From Escherichia coli (GTDB lineage Bacteria > Pseudomonadota > Gammaproteobacteria > Enterobacterales > Enterobacteriaceae), in assembly GCF_003018255.1 (NCBI RefSeq), contig NZ_CP027440.1: a DNA stretch of 64,000 nt; one strand, given 5' to 3'. Shown here piece by piece: positions 9,142 to 21,167 of the stretch. A program made the position numbers and the translations under genes. The notes beneath the pieces are model-generated. The model was given only the letters and a program-made list of their open reading frames with translations, was not told the origin of the DNA and made no database searches. Position 1 is the stretch's first letter. The number at the start of each line of letters is the position of its first letter.

Positions 9142-9285
9142 AGTGAGGGTAGAGCGGGGTTTCCCCCGCCCTGGTAGTCTTAGTAAGCTGGGTAGCTAAC
9201 GACTAAGAGCACCACGATGATGAGTATCTTCATCATGACCCTTTCCTTATTTAAGGCCCCTTCCTCGGGAGGGGCTTGCCCGTTT
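9142..9285 (+). ncRNA. Sib-family antitoxin sRNA, copy 4; ends approximate
   Basis: TTGACA (9109) and CATACT (9130). Antisense to the fourth ibs ORF. Hairpin GGCCCCTTCCTCGGGAGGGGCT is followed by TGCCCGTTT. Confidence 0.7.
9180..9236 (-). CDS. Ibs-family toxin peptide, copy 4: MMKILIIVVLLVVSYPAY
   Basis: Minus-strand translation gives 18 codons plus TAA. Confidence 0.78.
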   Translation of the reverse strand: MMKILIIVVLLVVSYPAY

Positions 9286-9443
9286 CAGCGTCCCGCTGAA
9301 ATCGTCGGCCTACCTCCTTTTGCCCTGAATGCAGTCTATCGCTAACGCGTAGATAAAATAGTTTCCTGTGTTATTACTGGATGGGTGCTCGCAAATGTGC
9401 CCGCCATTCAGACGATTCCCGATAGTGTTTCATAATTCCTCCA

Positions 9444-9461
9444 TTTTTCTCCCTGATTGGC
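9444..9461 (+). promoter_or_regulatory. BaeR-binding box upstream of mdtA
   Basis: TTTTTCTCCCTGATTGGC lies about 55 nt upstream of the mdtA ATG. It is nearly identical to the remembered BaeR consensus TTTTTCTCCATDATTGGC. Confidence 0.65.
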
Positions 9462-9514
9462 TGGCTACACTAGTATCATTCCGCGAATCGTTTCAGGAAG
9501 AGAAACTCTTAACG

Positions 9515-10762
9515 ATGAAAAGCAGTTATAAATCCCGTTGGGTAATGGTAATCGTGGTGGTTATCGCCGCCATCGCCGCATTCTGGTTCTGGCAAGGCCG
9601 CAATGACTCCCGGAGTGCAGCGCCAGGGGCGACGAAACAAGCGCAGCAATCGCCAGCGGGTGGTCGCCGTGGTATGCGTTCCGGCCCATTAGCCCCGGTT
9701 CAGGCGGCGACCGCCGTAGAACAGGCAGTTCCGCGTTACCTCACCGGGCTTGGCACCATTACCGCCGCTAATACTGTTACGGTGCGCAGCCGCGTGGACG
9801 GTCAACTGATGGCGTTGCATTTCCAGGAAGGCCAGCAGGTCAAAGCAGGCGATTTACTGGCAGAAATTGACCCCAGCCAGTTCAAAGTTGCATTAGCACA
9901 AGCCCAGGGCCAACTGGCAAAAGATAAAGCCACGCTTGCCAACGCCCGCCGTGACCTGGCGCGTTATCAACAACTGGTAAAAACCAATCTCGTATCTCGT
10001 CAGGAGCTGGATGCCCAACAGGCGCTGGTCAGTGAAACCGAAGGCACCATTAAGGCTGATGAAGCAAGCGTCGCCAGCGCGCAGCTGCAACTCGACTGGA
10101 GCCGCATCACCGCACCAGTCGATGGTCGCGTTGGTCTCAAGCAGGTTGATGTTGGTAACCAAATCTCCAGTGGTGATACCACCGGGATTGTGGTGATCAC
10201 CCAGACGCATCCTATCGATTTGCTCTTTACCCTGCCGGAAAGCGATATCGCTACCGTAGTGCAGGCGCAAAAAGCCGGAAAACCGCTGGTTGTTGAAGCC
10301 TGGGATCGCACCAATTCAAAGAAATTAAGTGAAGGCACGCTGTTAAGTCTCGATAACCAAATCGATGCCACTACCGGTACGATTAAAGTGAAAGCACGCT
10401 TCAATAATCAGGATGATGCGCTGTTTCCCAATCAGTTTGTTAACGCGCGCATGTTAGTCGACACAGAGCAAAACGCTGTGGTGATCCCAACAGCCGCCCT
10501 GCAAATGGGCAATGAAGGCCATTTTGTCTGGGTGCTGAATAGCGAAAACAAGGTCAGCAAACATCTGGTGACGCCGGGCATTCAGGACAGTCAGAAAGTG
10601 GTGATCCGCGCAGGTATTTCTGCGGGCGACCGCGTAGTGACAGACGGCATTGATCGCCTGACCGAAGGGGCGAAAGTGGAAGTAGTGGAAGCCCAGAGCG
10701 CCACCACTCCGGAAGAGAAAGCCACCAGCCGCGAATACGCGAAAAAAGGAGCACGCTCCTGA
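9515..10762 (+). CDS. mdtA: RND efflux membrane-fusion protein MdtA
   Basis: Track ORF 9368..10762. I place the conserved start at ATG 9515 ([26 protein letters not shown]), giving the 415-aa E. coli MdtA. The stop overlaps the mdtB ATG. Confidence 0.93.
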   Translation: MKSSYKSRWVMVIVVVIAAIAAFWFWQGRNDSRSAAPGATKQAQQSPAGGRRGMRSGPLAPVQAATAVEQAVPRYLTGLGTITAANTVTVRSRVDGQLMALHFQEGQQVKAGDLLAEIDPSQFKVALAQAQGQLAKDKATLANARRDLARYQQLVKTNLVSRQELDAQQALVSETEGTIKADEASVASAQLQLDWSRITAPVDGRVGLKQVDVGNQISSGDTTGIVVITQTHPIDLLFTLPESDIATVVQAQKAGKPLVVEAWDRTNSKKLSEGTLLSLDNQIDATTGTIKVKARFNNQDDALFPNQFVNARMLVDTEQNAVVIPTAALQMGNEGHFVWVLNSENKVSKHLVTPGIQDSQKVVIRAGISAGDRVVTDGIDRLTEGAKVEVVEAQSATTPEEKATSREYAKKGARS

Positions 10763-13700
10763 TGCAGGTGTTACCCCCGAGCAGCACAGGCGGCCCGTCG
10801 CGCCTGTTTATTATGCGTCCTGTCGCCACCACGCTGCTGATGGTGGCGATCTTACTCGCCGGGATTATCGGTTATCGAGCCCTGCCCGTTTCGGCGCTGC
10901 CGGAAGTGGACTATCCGACCATTCAGGTAGTCACGCTCTACCCAGGTGCGAGCCCGGATGTCATGACCTCTGCCGTTACCGCGCCGCTTGAACGCCAGTT
11001 TGGGCAGATGTCTGGCCTGAAACAGATGTCGTCGCAAAGTTCCGGCGGTGCGTCAGTTATCACTTTGCAGTTCCAGCTAACATTACCGCTCGATGTCGCC
11101 GAGCAGGAAGTGCAGGCCGCGATTAACGCTGCGACCAACTTGTTGCCGAGCGATCTGCCTAACCCGCCGGTTTACAGCAAAGTGAACCCGGCAGATCCGC
11201 CGATCATGACGCTCGCTGTCACCTCAACCGCCATGCCGATGACGCAAGTGGAAGATATGGTGGAAACCCGCGTCGCGCAGAAAATCTCGCAGATTTCCGG
11301 CGTCGGCCTGGTGACACTTTCCGGCGGTCAGCGTCCGGCTGTTCGCGTCAAACTTAACGCTCAGGCGATTGCCGCCCTCGGCCTGACCAGCGAAACCGTG
11401 CGCACCGCCATTACCGGCGCTAACGTCAACTCGGCAAAAGGTAGCCTCGACGGCCCTTCTCGTGCGGTTACGCTTTCCGCTAACGACCAGATGCAATCCG
11501 CCGAAGAGTATCGCCAGCTAATCATCGCCTACCAGAACGGCGCGCCGATTCGTCTGGGCGATGTCGCAACCGTAGAGCAAGGTGCAGAAAACAGCTGGCT
11601 TGGCGCATGGGCTAACAAAGAACAGGCCATTGTGATGAATGTTCAGCGCCAGCCCGGTGCTAACATTATCTCCACCGCCGACAGCATTCGGCAGATGCTG
11701 CCACAGCTCACCGAGAGTCTGCCGAAATCGGTGAAGGTGACGGTACTTTCTGACCGTACCACCAATATTCGCGCATCCGTGGATGATACTCAGTTTGAAT
11801 TGATGATGGCTATCGCGCTGGTAGTCATGATTATCTACCTGTTTTTGCGTAATATTCCGGCGACCATCATTCCCGGCGTCGCAGTGCCGCTGTCGTTAAT
11901 CGGCACCTTCGCGGTCATGGTGTTTCTCGATTTTTCAATCAATAACCTGACGCTGATGGCGTTAACTATCGCCACCGGATTTGTGGTCGATGACGCCATC
12001 GTGGTGATCGAAAACATTTCCCGCTATATCGAAAAAGGCGAAAAACCGCTGGCGGCGGCGCTCAAAGGCGCAGGTGAAATCGGTTTTACCATTATCTCGC
12101 TGACCTTCTCGCTGATTGCAGTGCTGATCCCGCTACTGTTTATGGGCGATATCGTCGGGCGACTGTTCCGCGAATTTGCTATTACTCTGGCAGTCGCGAT
12201 TTTGATCTCAGCCGTGGTGTCGCTGACCCTGACACCGATGATGTGTGCGCGGATGCTCAGCCAGGAGTCGCTGCGTAAACAGAACCGCTTCTCCCGTGCC
12301 TCGGAAAAAATGTTCGACAGGATAATCGCCGCCTATGGTCAGGGACTTGCGAAAGTGCTGAATCATCCGTGGCTGACCTTAAGCGTGGCGCTCAGCACGC
12401 TGCTGCTTAGCGTGCTGTTGTGGGTGTTCATTCCGAAAGGTTTCTTCCCGGTACAGGACAACGGCATTATTCAGGGCACTTTGCAGGCACCGCAATCCAG
12501 CTCCTTTACCAATATGGCCCAGCGGCAACGCCAGGTCGCGGATGTGATTTTGCAAGATCCGGCGGTGCAAAGTCTGACCTCATTTGTTGGCGTTGATGGC
12601 ACTAACCCGTCGCTGAACAGTGCGCGTTTGCAGATCAACCTCAAACCGTTGGATGAACGTGATGATCGGGTGCAAAAAGTCATCGCCCGCCTGCAAACGG
12701 CGGTGGATAAAGTGCCGGGCGTCGATCTCTTCCTGCAACCAACGCAGGACCTGACCATCGATACTCAGGTCAGCCGCACCCAGTACCAGTTTACCTTGCA
12801 GGCCACGTCACTGGATGCGCTCAGTACCTGGGTGCCACAGTTGATGGAAAAACTCCAGCAACTGCCACAGCTTTCTGATGTCTCCAGCGACTGGCAGGAC
12901 AAAGGGCTGGTGGCGTATGTCAATGTTGATCGCGACAGCGCCAGCCGTCTGGGGATCAGCATGGCGGACGTCGATAACGCCCTTTACAACGCGTTTGGTC
13001 AGCGACTGATTTCCACTATTTATACTCAGGCCAACCAGTATCGCGTGGTGCTGGAGCACAACACCGAAAATACTCCTGGGCTTGCGGCGCTGGATACTAT
13101 TCGCCTGACCAGCAGCGACGGCGGCGTGGTACCGCTAAGCTCAATTGCCAAAATTGAGCAGCGTTTTGCGCCGCTTTCCATCAACCATCTGGATCAGTTC
13201 CCGGTAACGACCATCTCCTTTAACGTGCCGGATAACTATTCGCTGGGCGATGCGGTGCAGGCGATTATGGACACCGAAAAGACGCTGAATCTGCCGGTGG
13301 ATATCACCACGCAGTTCCAGGGCAGCACCCTCGCCTTCCAGTCGGCGTTGGGCAGCACTGTCTGGCTGATTGTCGCGGCGGTGGTGGCGATGTATATCGT
13401 GCTCGGCATTCTGTACGAGAGCTTTATTCACCCGATCACCATTCTCTCGACGCTACCCACCGCAGGGGTCGGCGCACTGCTGGCGTTACTGATTGCCGGT
13501 AGCGAGCTGGATGTGATTGCGATTATCGGCATTATTTTGCTGATCGGTATCGTGAAGAAGAACGCCATCATGATGATCGACTTCGCGCTGGCTGCTGAGC
13601 GCGAGCAAGGCATGTCGCCGCGCGATGCAATCTACCAGGCTTGTCTGTTGCGTTTTCGTCCGATCCTGATGACCACCCTGGCGGCTCTGCTTGGCGCGCT

Positions 13701-13884
13701 GCCGCTGATGTTGAGTACCGGGGTCGGCGCGGAACTGCGTCGTCCGTTAGGTATCGGCATGGTCGGCGGTCTGATTGTCAGCCAGGTGCTGACGCTGTTC
13801 ACCACGCCGGTGATTTATCTGCTATTCGACCGCCTGGCATTGTGGACCAAAAGCCGCTTTGCTCGTCATGAAGAGGAGGCGTAA
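10762..13884 (+). CDS. mdtB: RND efflux permease MdtB
   Basis: 1040-aa ORF with AcrB-like 12-TM RND architecture, in the mdtABCD context. Confidence 0.96.
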   Translation: MQVLPPSSTGGPSRLFIMRPVATTLLMVAILLAGIIGYRALPVSALPEVDYPTIQVVTLYPGASPDVMTSAVTAPLERQFGQMSGLKQMSSQSSGGASVITLQFQLTLPLDVAEQEVQAAINAATNLLPSDLPNPPVYSKVNPADPPIMTLAVTSTAMPMTQVEDMVETRVAQKISQISGVGLVTLSGGQRPAVRVKLNAQAIAALGLTSETVRTAITGANVNSAKGSLDGPSRAVTLSANDQMQSAEEYRQLIIAYQNGAPIRLGDVATVEQGAENSWLGAWANKEQAIVMNVQRQPGANIISTADSIRQMLPQLTESLPKSVKVTVLSDRTTNIRASVDDTQFELMMAIALVVMIIYLFLRNIPATIIPGVAVPLSLIGTFAVMVFLDFSINNLTLMALTIATGFVVDDAIVVIENISRYIEKGEKPLAAALKGAGEIGFTIISLTFSLIAVLIPLLFMGDIVGRLFREFAITLAVAILISAVVSLTLTPMMCARMLSQESLRKQNRFSRASEKMFDRIIAAYGQGLAKVLNHPWLTLSVALSTLLLSVLLWVFIPKGFFPVQDNGIIQGTLQAPQSSSFTNMAQRQRQVADVILQDPAVQSLTSFVGVDGTNPSLNSARLQINLKPLDERDDRVQKVIARLQTAVDKVPGVDLFLQPTQDLTIDTQVSRTQYQFTLQATSLDALSTWVPQLMEKLQQLPQLSDVSSDWQDKGLVAYVNVDRDSASRLGISMADVDNALYNAFGQRLISTIYTQANQYRVVLEHNTENTPGLAALDTIRLTSSDGGVVPLSSIAKIEQRFAPLSINHLDQFPVTTISFNVPDNYSLGDAVQAIMDTEKTLNLPVDITTQFQGSTLAFQSALGSTVWLIVAAVVAMYIVLGILYESFIHPITILSTLPTAGVGALLALLIAGSELDVIAIIGIILLIGIVKKNAIMMIDFALAAEREQGMSPRDAIYQACLLRFRPILMTTLAALLGALPLMLSTGVGAELRRPLGIGMVGGLIVSQVLTLFTTPVIYLLFDRLALWTKSRFARHEEEA

Positions 13885-16800
13885 GTGAAGTTTTTTGCCC
13901 TCTTCATTTACCGCCCGGTGGCGACGATTTTACTGTCGGTCGCCATTACCCTGTGCGGCATACTGGGTTTCCGTATGCTGCCAGTCGCCCCGCTGCCGCA
14001 GGTCGATTTTCCGGTGATTATGGTCAGCGCCTCGCTGCCCGGTGCGTCACCAGAAACAATGGCGTCTTCCGTTGCCACGCCGCTGGAACGTTCGCTTGGA
14101 CGCATTGCCGGGGTCAGTGAAATGACCTCCAGCAGTTCGCTCGGCAGCACGCGCATTATTTTGCAGTTTGATTTTGACCGCGATATCAACGGCGCAGCGC
14201 GCGATGTGCAAGCGGCGATCAACGCCGCGCAAAGTTTGCTGCCCAGCGGGATGCCAAGCCGTCCGACCTATCGCAAAGCGAACCCGTCGGATGCGCCAAT
14301 TATGATCCTCACGCTGACATCCGATACTTATTCGCAGGGTGAACTGTACGATTTCGCCTCGACGCAGCTGGCTCCGACGATTTCGCAAATCGACGGTGTC
14401 GGTGATGTCGATGTTGGCGGCAGCTCACTGCCCGCCGTACGCATCGGGCTGAATCCGCAGGCGCTGTTTAATCAGGGCGTGTCGCTGGACGATGTGCGCA
14501 GCGCCATCAGCAATGCCAACGTGCGTAAGCCGCAGGGGGCGCTGGAAGATGATACCCATCGCTGGCAGATCCAGACTAACGATGAACTGAAAACCGCCGC
14601 CGAATATCAGCCGTTGATTATTCATTACAACAACGGCGGCGCGCTTCGTCTGGGCGATGTGGCGACGGTGACCGACTCGGTGCAGGATGTGCGCAACGCC
14701 GGGATGACCAACGCCAAACCGGCTATTTTGCTGATGATCCGCAAGCTGCCGGAAGCCAATATTATCCAGACGGTTGACAGCATCCGGGCAAAATTACCGG
14801 AGTTGCAGGAGACCATTCCGGCGGCGATTGATCTGCAAATTGCCCAGGATCGCTCCCCCACCATTCGCGCCTCGCTGGAGGAAGTCGAGCAAACGCTGAT
14901 TATCTCGGTGGCGCTGGTGATTCTGGTGGTCTTTTTATTCCTGCGCTCGGGTCGCGCCACTATTATTCCCGCCGTTGCGGTGCCGGTTTCGCTGATTGGT
15001 ACGTTTGCGGCGATGTACCTGTGCGGATTCAGTCTCAATAACCTTTCGTTAATGGCGCTCACCATCGCTACTGGTTTCGTGGTGGATGACGCCATCGTGG
15101 TGCTGGAAAACATTGCCCGTCACCTGGAAGCGGGGATGAAACCGCTACAGGCCGCGCTGCAAGGCACTCGCGAAGTCGGTTTTACGGTGCTGTCGATGAG
15201 TCTGTCACTGGTGGCGGTGTTTCTGCCGCTGCTGTTGATGGGCGGATTGCCGGGTCGCCTGTTACGCGAGTTTGCCGTGACGCTTTCTGTCGCCATTGGT
15301 ATTTCGCTGCTGGTTTCTCTGACGCTAACGCCAATGATGTGCGGCTGGATGCTAAAAGCCAGTAAGCCGCGCGAGCAAAAGCGACTACGTGGTTTTGGTC
15401 GCATGTTGGTAGCCCTGCAACAAGGCTATGGTAAGTCGCTGAAATGGGTGCTTAATCATACCCGTCTGGTGGGCGTGGTGCTGCTTGGCACCATTGCTTT
15501 GAATATCTGGCTGTATATCTCGATCCCGAAAACCTTCTTCCCGGAGCAGGACACCGGCGTGTTGATGGGCGGGATACAGGCGGATCAGAGTATTTCGTTT
15601 CAGGCGATGCGCGGTAAGTTGCAGGATTTTATGAAAATTATCCGTGACGATCCGGCAGTGGATAATGTCACCGGATTTACCGGCGGTTCGCGGGTGAACA
15701 GCGGGATGATGTTTATCACGCTGAAGCCACGCGGCGAACGCAGCGAAACGGCGCAGCAAATTATCGACCGTCTGCGCGTGAAGCTGGCGAAAGAACCGGG
15801 GGCGAATCTGTTCCTGATGGCGGTACAGGATATTCGCGTTGGCGGACGTCAGTCGAACGCCAGCTATCAGTACACGTTGCTGTCCGACGACCTGGCGGCA
15901 CTGCGCGAATGGGAGCCGAAAATTCGCAAAAAACTGGCGACATTGCCGGAACTGGCGGACGTGAACTCCGACCAGCAGGATAACGGCGCGGAGATGAATC
16001 TGGTTTACGACCGCGACACCATGGCACGGCTGGGAATCGACGTGCAGGCCGCCAACAGCCTGTTAAATAACGCCTTCGGTCAGCGACAAATCTCGACCAT
16101 TTACCAGCCGATGAACCAGTATAAAGTGGTGATGGAAGTGGATCCGCGCTATACCCAGGACATCAGTGCGCTGGAAAAAATGTTCGTTATCAATAACGAA
16201 GGAAAAGCGATCCCGCTGTCGTATTTCGCTAAATGGCAACCGGCGAATGCTCCGCTGTCGGTGAATCATCAGGGATTATCGGCAGCCTCGACCATCTCGT
16301 TCAACCTGCCGACCGGGAAATCGCTCTCGGACGCCAGTGCGGCGATCGATCGCGCAATGACCCAGCTTGGTGTGCCTTCGACGGTGCGCGGTAGTTTTGC
16401 CGGCACGGCGCAGGTGTTCCAGGAGACGATGAACTCGCAGGTGATCCTGATTATCGCCGCCATCGCCACGGTGTATATCGTGCTGGGTATCCTTTACGAG
16501 AGTTACGTACATCCGCTGACGATTCTCTCCACCCTGCCCTCGGCGGGCGTTGGAGCGCTGCTGGCGCTGGAGCTGTTCAATGCCCCGTTCAGCCTAATCG
16601 CCCTGATAGGGATCATGCTATTAATCGGCATCGTGAAGAAAAACGCCATTATGATGGTCGATTTTGCGCTTGAAGCCCAACGGCACGGTAACCTCACGCC
16701 GCAGGAAGCTATTTTCCAGGCCTGTCTGCTGCGTTTTCGCCCGATTATGATGACTACCCTGGCGGCGCTGTTTGGCGCGCTGCCGCTGGTATTGTCGGGC

Positions 16801-16962
16801 GGTGACGGTTCGGAGCTGCGGCAACCCCTGGGGATCACCATTGTCGGCGGTCTGGTCATGAGCCAGCTTCTGACGCTGTATACCACGCCGGTGGTGTATC
16901 TCTTTTTCGACCGTCTGCGACTGCGTTTTTCGCGTAAACCTAAACAAGCGGTAACCGAGTAA
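13885..16962 (+). CDS. mdtC: RND efflux permease MdtC
   Basis: 1025-aa ORF with a GTG start directly after the mdtB TAA. It is a paralog of MdtB. Confidence 0.96.
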   Translation: MKFFALFIYRPVATILLSVAITLCGILGFRMLPVAPLPQVDFPVIMVSASLPGASPETMASSVATPLERSLGRIAGVSEMTSSSSLGSTRIILQFDFDRDINGAARDVQAAINAAQSLLPSGMPSRPTYRKANPSDAPIMILTLTSDTYSQGELYDFASTQLAPTISQIDGVGDVDVGGSSLPAVRIGLNPQALFNQGVSLDDVRSAISNANVRKPQGALEDDTHRWQIQTNDELKTAAEYQPLIIHYNNGGALRLGDVATVTDSVQDVRNAGMTNAKPAILLMIRKLPEANIIQTVDSIRAKLPELQETIPAAIDLQIAQDRSPTIRASLEEVEQTLIISVALVILVVFLFLRSGRATIIPAVAVPVSLIGTFAAMYLCGFSLNNLSLMALTIATGFVVDDAIVVLENIARHLEAGMKPLQAALQGTREVGFTVLSMSLSLVAVFLPLLLMGGLPGRLLREFAVTLSVAIGISLLVSLTLTPMMCGWMLKASKPREQKRLRGFGRMLVALQQGYGKSLKWVLNHTRLVGVVLLGTIALNIWLYISIPKTFFPEQDTGVLMGGIQADQSISFQAMRGKLQDFMKIIRDDPAVDNVTGFTGGSRVNSGMMFITLKPRGERSETAQQIIDRLRVKLAKEPGANLFLMAVQDIRVGGRQSNASYQYTLLSDDLAALREWEPKIRKKLATLPELADVNSDQQDNGAEMNLVYDRDTMARLGIDVQAANSLLNNAFGQRQISTIYQPMNQYKVVMEVDPRYTQDISALEKMFVINNEGKAIPLSYFAKWQPANAPLSVNHQGLSAASTISFNLPTGKSLSDASAAIDRAMTQLGVPSTVRGSFAGTAQVFQETMNSQVILIIAAIATVYIVLGILYESYVHPLTILSTLPSAGVGALLALELFNAPFSLIALIGIMLLIGIVKKNAIMMVDFALEAQRHGNLTPQEAIFQACLLRFRPIMMTTLAALFGALPLVLSGGDGSELRQPLGITIVGGLVMSQLLTLYTTPVVYLFFDRLRLRFSRKPKQAVTE

Positions 16963-18378
16963 ATGACAGATCTTCCCGACAGCACCCGCTGGCAATTGTG
17001 GATTGTGGCTTTCGGCTTCTTTATGCAGTCGCTGGACACCACCATCGTTAACACCGCGCTTCCCTCAATGGCGCAAAGCCTCGGGGAAAGTCCGTTGCAT
17101 ATGCACATGGTCATTGTCTCTTATGTACTGACCGTGGCGGTGATGCTGCCCGCCAGCGGCTGGCTGGCGGACAAAGTCGGCGTGCGCAATATTTTCTTTA
17201 CCGCCATCGTGCTGTTTACTCTCGGTTCACTGTTTTGCGCGCTTTCCGGCACGCTGAACGAACTGTTGCTGGCACGCGCGTTACAGGGCGTTGGCGGCGC
17301 GATGATGGTGCCGGTCGGCAGGTTGACGGTGATGAAAATCGTACCGCGCGAGCAATATATGGCGGCGATGACCTTTGTCACGCTGCCCGGTCAGATCGGG
17401 CCGCTGCTTGGCCCGGCGCTCGGCGGTCTGCTGGTGGAGTACGCATCGTGGCACTGGATCTTTTTGATCAACATTCCGGTGGGGATTATTGGCGCGATCA
17501 CCACACTGATGTTAATGCCGAACTACACCATGCAGACGCGGCGCTTTGATCTCTCCGGCTTTTTATTGCTGGCGGTTGGCATGGCGGTATTAACCCTGGC
17601 GCTGGACGGCAGTAAAGGTACAGGTTTATCGCCGCTGGCGATTGCTGGCCTGGTCGCAGTTGGCGTGGTGGCACTGGTGCTTTATCTGCTGCACGCCAGA
17701 AATAACAACTGCGCCCTGTTCAGTCTGAAACTGTTCCGTACTCGTACCTTTTCGCTGGGTCTGGCGGGGAGTTTTGCCGGACGTATCGGTAGCGGCATGT
17801 TGCCCTTTATGACGCCGGTTTTCCTACAAATTGGCCTTGGCTTCTCACCGTTTCATGCCGGACTGATGATGATCCCGATGGTGCTCGGCAGCATGGGGAT
17901 GAAGCGAATTGTGGTACAGGTAGTGAATCGCTTTGGTTATCGTCGGGTACTGGTGGCGACCACGCTGGGTCTGTCGCTGGTCACCCTGTTGTTTATGACT
18001 ACTGCTCTGCTGGGCTGGTACTACGTTTTGCCGTTCGTCCTGTTTTTACAAGGGATGGTCAACTCGACCCGTTTCTCCTCCATGAACACCCTGACGCTGA
18101 AAGATCTCCCGGACAATCTGGCGAGCAGCGGCAACAGTCTGCTGTCGATGATTATGCAATTGTCGATGAGTATCGGCGTCACTATCGCCGGGCTGTTGCT
18201 GGGACTTTTTGGTTCACAGCATGTCAGCATCGACAGCGGCACCACACAAACCGTCTTTATGTACACCTGGCTTAGCATGGCGTTGATCATCGCCCTTCCG
18301 GTGTTTGTCTTTGCCAGAGTGCCGAGCGATACGCATCAAAATGTAGCTATTTCACGGCGAAAAAGGAGCGCGCAATGA
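16963..18378 (+). CDS. mdtD: MFS transporter MdtD (IceT)
   Basis: 471-aa ORF with a multi-TM MFS profile. The ATG abuts the mdtC TAA. Confidence 0.94.
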   Translation: MTDLPDSTRWQLWIVAFGFFMQSLDTTIVNTALPSMAQSLGESPLHMHMVIVSYVLTVAVMLPASGWLADKVGVRNIFFTAIVLFTLGSLFCALSGTLNELLLARALQGVGGAMMVPVGRLTVMKIVPREQYMAAMTFVTLPGQIGPLLGPALGGLLVEYASWHWIFLINIPVGIIGAITTLMLMPNYTMQTRRFDLSGFLLLAVGMAVLTLALDGSKGTGLSPLAIAGLVAVGVVALVLYLLHARNNNCALFSLKLFRTRTFSLGLAGSFAGRIGSGMLPFMTPVFLQIGLGFSPFHAGLMMIPMVLGSMGMKRIVVQVVNRFGYRRVLVATTLGLSLVTLLFMTTALLGWYYVLPFVLFLQGMVNSTRFSSMNTLTLKDLPDNLASSGNSLLSMIMQLSMSIGVTIAGLLLGLFGSQHVSIDSGTTQTVFMYTWLSMALIIALPVFVFARVPSDTHQNVAISRRKRSAQ

Positions 18379-19778
18379 AGTTCTGGCGACCCGGTATTAC
18401 CGGCAAACTGTTTCTGGCGATTTTCGCCACCTGCATTGTCTTGCTGATCAGTATGCACTGGGCGGTGCGTATCAGTTTTGAGCGTGGCTTTATCGATTAC
18501 ATCAAGCATGGTAATGAACAACGGCTGCAAATGCTCGGCGATGCGCTTGGTGAGCAGTACGCCCAGCACGGGAACTGGCGCTTCCTGCGTAATAACGATC
18601 GCTTTGTATTTCAGATCCTACGTTCACTGGAGCATGATAACAACGAAGATAAGCCCGGCCCCGGTATGCCACCACACGGCTGGCGCACGCAATTTTGGGT
18701 GGTTGATCAAAATAATAAAGTGCTGGTTGGCCCGCGAGCACCGGTTCCACCCGACGGCACACGGCGGCCCATTATGGTCAATGGTGCGGAAGTTGGCGCG
18801 GTGATCGCCTCCCCTGTTGAACGACTGACCCGTAATACTGATATCAATTTTGACAGACAACAGCGGCAAACCAGTTGGCTGATTGTGGCTTTATCTACCT
18901 TATTAGCGGCGCTGGCGACATTCCCACTGGCGCGCGGTTTGCTGGCTCCGGTAAAACGACTGGTGGATGGCACGCACAAACTGGCAGCGGGTGATTTCAC
19001 TACTCGCGTAGCCCCCACCAGCGAAGATGAGTTGGGCAGACTGGCAGAGGATTTCAATCAACTCGCCAGCACACTGGAGAAAAACCAGCAGATGCGCCGC
19101 GATTTTATGGCCGATATTTCTCATGAACTGCGCACGCCTTTAGCAGTACTGCGCGGCGAACTGGAAGCCATTCAGGATGGTGTGCGTAAATTCACGCCGG
19201 AGACGCTGGCTTCTTTACAGGCGGAGGTCGGTACACTGACCAAACTGGTTGACGATCTTCATCAGTTGTCGATGTCTGATGAAGGCGCTCTCGCCTATCA
19301 AAAAGCACCGGTAGATTTGATCCCACTGCTGGAAGTGGCGGGCGGCGCATTTCGCGAACGATTTGCCAGCCGTGGCCTGAAACTGCAATTTTCCCTGCCA
19401 GACAGTATTACCGTATTTGGCGATCGCGATCGTTTAATGCAGTTGTTCAATAACTTACTGGAAAACAGCCTGCGCTACACTGACAGCGGCGGCAGCCTGA
19501 AAATCTCTGCCGAGCAGCACGACAAAACGGTGCGCCTGACCTTTGCCGACAGCGCGCCGGGCGTCAGTGACGATCAGCTACAAAAATTGTTTGAACGTTT
19601 TTATCGCACCGAAGGTTCCCGCAACCGTGCCAGCGGCGGTTCCGGGCTGGGACTCGCGATTTGCCTGAACATTGTTGAAGCACATAATGGCCGCATTATT
19701 GCTGCCCATTCGCCTTTTGGCGGGGTAAGCATTACAGTAGAGTTACCGCTGGAACGGGATTTACAGAGAGAAGTATGA
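18375..19778 (+). CDS. baeS: Envelope-stress sensor histidine kinase BaeS
   Basis: 467 aa with an H-box ([11 protein letters not shown]), N/G boxes (GGSGLGLAI) and an ATGA overlap with mdtD. Confidence 0.96.
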   Translation: MKFWRPGITGKLFLAIFATCIVLLISMHWAVRISFERGFIDYIKHGNEQRLQMLGDALGEQYAQHGNWRFLRNNDRFVFQILRSLEHDNNEDKPGPGMPPHGWRTQFWVVDQNNKVLVGPRAPVPPDGTRRPIMVNGAEVGAVIASPVERLTRNTDINFDRQQRQTSWLIVALSTLLAALATFPLARGLLAPVKRLVDGTHKLAAGDFTTRVAPTSEDELGRLAEDFNQLASTLEKNQQMRRDFMADISHELRTPLAVLRGELEAIQDGVRKFTPETLASLQAEVGTLTKLVDDLHQLSMSDEGALAYQKAPVDLIPLLEVAGGAFRERFASRGLKLQFSLPDSITVFGDRDRLMQLFNNLLENSLRYTDSGGSLKISAEQHDKTVRLTFADSAPGVSDDQLQKLFERFYRTEGSRNRASGGSGLGLAICLNIVEAHNGRIIAAHSPFGGVSITVELPLERDLQREV

Positions 19779-20497
19779 CCGAGTTACCAATCGACGAAAA
19801 CACACCGCGTATTTTGATCGTGGAAGATGAACCGAAGCTGGGACAGTTGCTCATTGATTATCTGCGTGCCGCGAGCTATGCGCCGACGCTTATCAGCCAC
19901 GGCGATCAGGTACTGCCGTATGTGCGCCAGACACCACCGGATCTGATCCTGTTGGATCTGATGCTCCCTGGCACCGATGGCCTGACGCTGTGCCGGGAAA
20001 TTCGTCGTTTTTCTGACATTCCGATCGTGATGGTGACGGCAAAAATCGAAGAGATCGACCGCCTGCTGGGGCTGGAGATTGGCGCCGATGACTACATCTG
20101 CAAGCCGTACAGCCCACGGGAAGTGGTAGCGCGTGTCAAAACCATTTTGCGCCGTTGTAAACCGCAACGCGAACTTCAGCAACAGGATGCCGAAAGCCCG
20201 TTGATGATCGACGAAGGTCGTTTTCAGGCTTCATGGCGCGGTAAAATGCTTGACCTGACGCCTGCGGAATTTCGTCTGCTGAAAACGCTCTCTCATGAAC
20301 CAGGAAAAGTGTTCTCCCGCGAGCAATTGCTCAATCATCTTTATGACGACTACCGCGTAGTAACCGACCGCACCATCGATAGCCACATTAAAAACCTGCG
20401 CCGCAAGCTGGAATCTCTCGACGCCGAACAGTCATTTATCCGTGCCGTTTACGGTGTCGGTTACCGCTGGGAAGCCGACGCCTGCCGCATCGTTTAG
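19775..20497 (+). CDS. baeR: OmpR-family response regulator BaeR
   Basis: 240 aa with a receiver domain (ILIVEDE...[11 protein letters not shown]) plus a winged-helix C-terminus. ATGA overlap with baeS. Confidence 0.96.
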   Translation: MTELPIDENTPRILIVEDEPKLGQLLIDYLRAASYAPTLISHGDQVLPYVRQTPPDLILLDLMLPGTDGLTLCREIRRFSDIPIVMVTAKIEEIDRLLGLEIGADDYICKPYSPREVVARVKTILRRCKPQRELQQQDAESPLMIDEGRFQASWRGKMLDLTPAEFRLLKTLSHEPGKVFSREQLLNHLYDDYRVVTDRTIDSHIKNLRRKLESLDAEQSFIRAVYGVGYRWEADACRIV

Positions 20498-20687
20498 TTT
20501 TAGCGACATGACTTTGTTAGCCGGAGATGGCGTTCAGATCAGATCCGGCAACATTATCCCACGTATGGTCAGCAAACTGACATTATCTCTCCGCCCTGGC
20601 AGGCACCAGAAAATCGCTCATACTTTAATCGGTAAACAGCACCTTTAGATGCTGTTTTCGATACGCAATTTCAATCAAGGAGTCATT

Positions 20688-21020
20688 ATGGCTGGTTGGT
20701 TTGAACTCAGTAAGAGCAGTGATAATCAATTCCGGTTTGTGCTAAAAGCGGGCAATGGTGAGACTATCCTCACCAGCGAGCTGTATACCTCAAAAGCCTC
20801 TGCGGAAAAGGGCATCGCGTCGGTGCGTAGCAACAGCCCGCAAGAAGAACGCTATGAGAAAAAAACGGCAAGCAATGGCAAATTCTATTTCAATCTGAAA
20901 GCCGCCAATCATCAAATTATCGGCTCCAGCCAGATGTATGCCACCGCGCAATCTCGTGAAACCGGAATTGCCTCCGTTAAAGCAAATGGCACAAGCCAGA
21001 CGGTGAAAGACAATACGTAA
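20688..21020 (+). CDS. yegP: YegP (tandem DUF1508-type repeats)
   Basis: Track ORF 20649..21020. The start is ATG 20688, after a GGAG SD, giving 110 aa (MAGWFELSKSSDNQFRF...). Two internal repeats are visible. Confidence 0.9.
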   Translation: MAGWFELSKSSDNQFRFVLKAGNGETILTSELYTSKASAEKGIASVRSNSPQEERYEKKTASNGKFYFNLKAANHQIIGSSQMYATAQSRETGIASVKANGTSQTVKDNT

Positions 21021-21167
21021 TTACGATGCCGGGCGCGTGTTGTTGGCGTCCGGCGCTTTACCAGCTCCCCCCTACAGCGCTACAATGCCCGCCCTTAAAG
21101 TGGGGGCACTCCCCTGGCCGCTTCATCAGGTGAAGCGGATCTGACCTGTCATCAGAACGAGAGAATT

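Larger units (their letters stand above)
8050..9365. repeat. Four tandem Sib/Ibs type I toxin-antitoxin repeat units (QUAD-type repeats)
   Basis: Head-to-tail units with a period of about 328-335 bp; the TTGACA boxes sit at 8118, 8453, 8781 and 9109. Each unit has a plus-strand promoter plus GC hairpin/T-run (Sib) and a fully antisense 18-19 codon hydrophobic ORF (Ibs). Confidence 0.9.

Noticed and set aside
8050-9365. Possible CRISPR array, because of regularly spaced repeats
   Set aside because: The repeat period is ~330 bp, with whole units repeated and no short repeat/unique spacer alternation. No cas genes are present. The units are Sib/Ibs toxin-antitoxin cassettes.
9368-9514. N-terminal extensions in the ORF track: mdtA from 9368, rcnB from 40329, yehL from 58952, yehM from 59949, yehP from 62161, fbaB to 32185, mrp to 47748 and yegD from 3189
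   Set aside because: The extensions overlap upstream genes or regulatory DNA and lack SD sequences. In each case an internal start gives a proper SD, signal peptide or coupling overlap, and gives the protein length known for E. coli.
16503-17114. 203-aa ORF antisense across the mdtC/mdtD junction, plus many 60-160 aa antisense ORFs inside mdtB, mdtC and mdtD
   Set aside because: They overlap long, clearly real RND and MFS genes on the opposite strand. The products are Arg/Ser-rich nonsense-like sequences.
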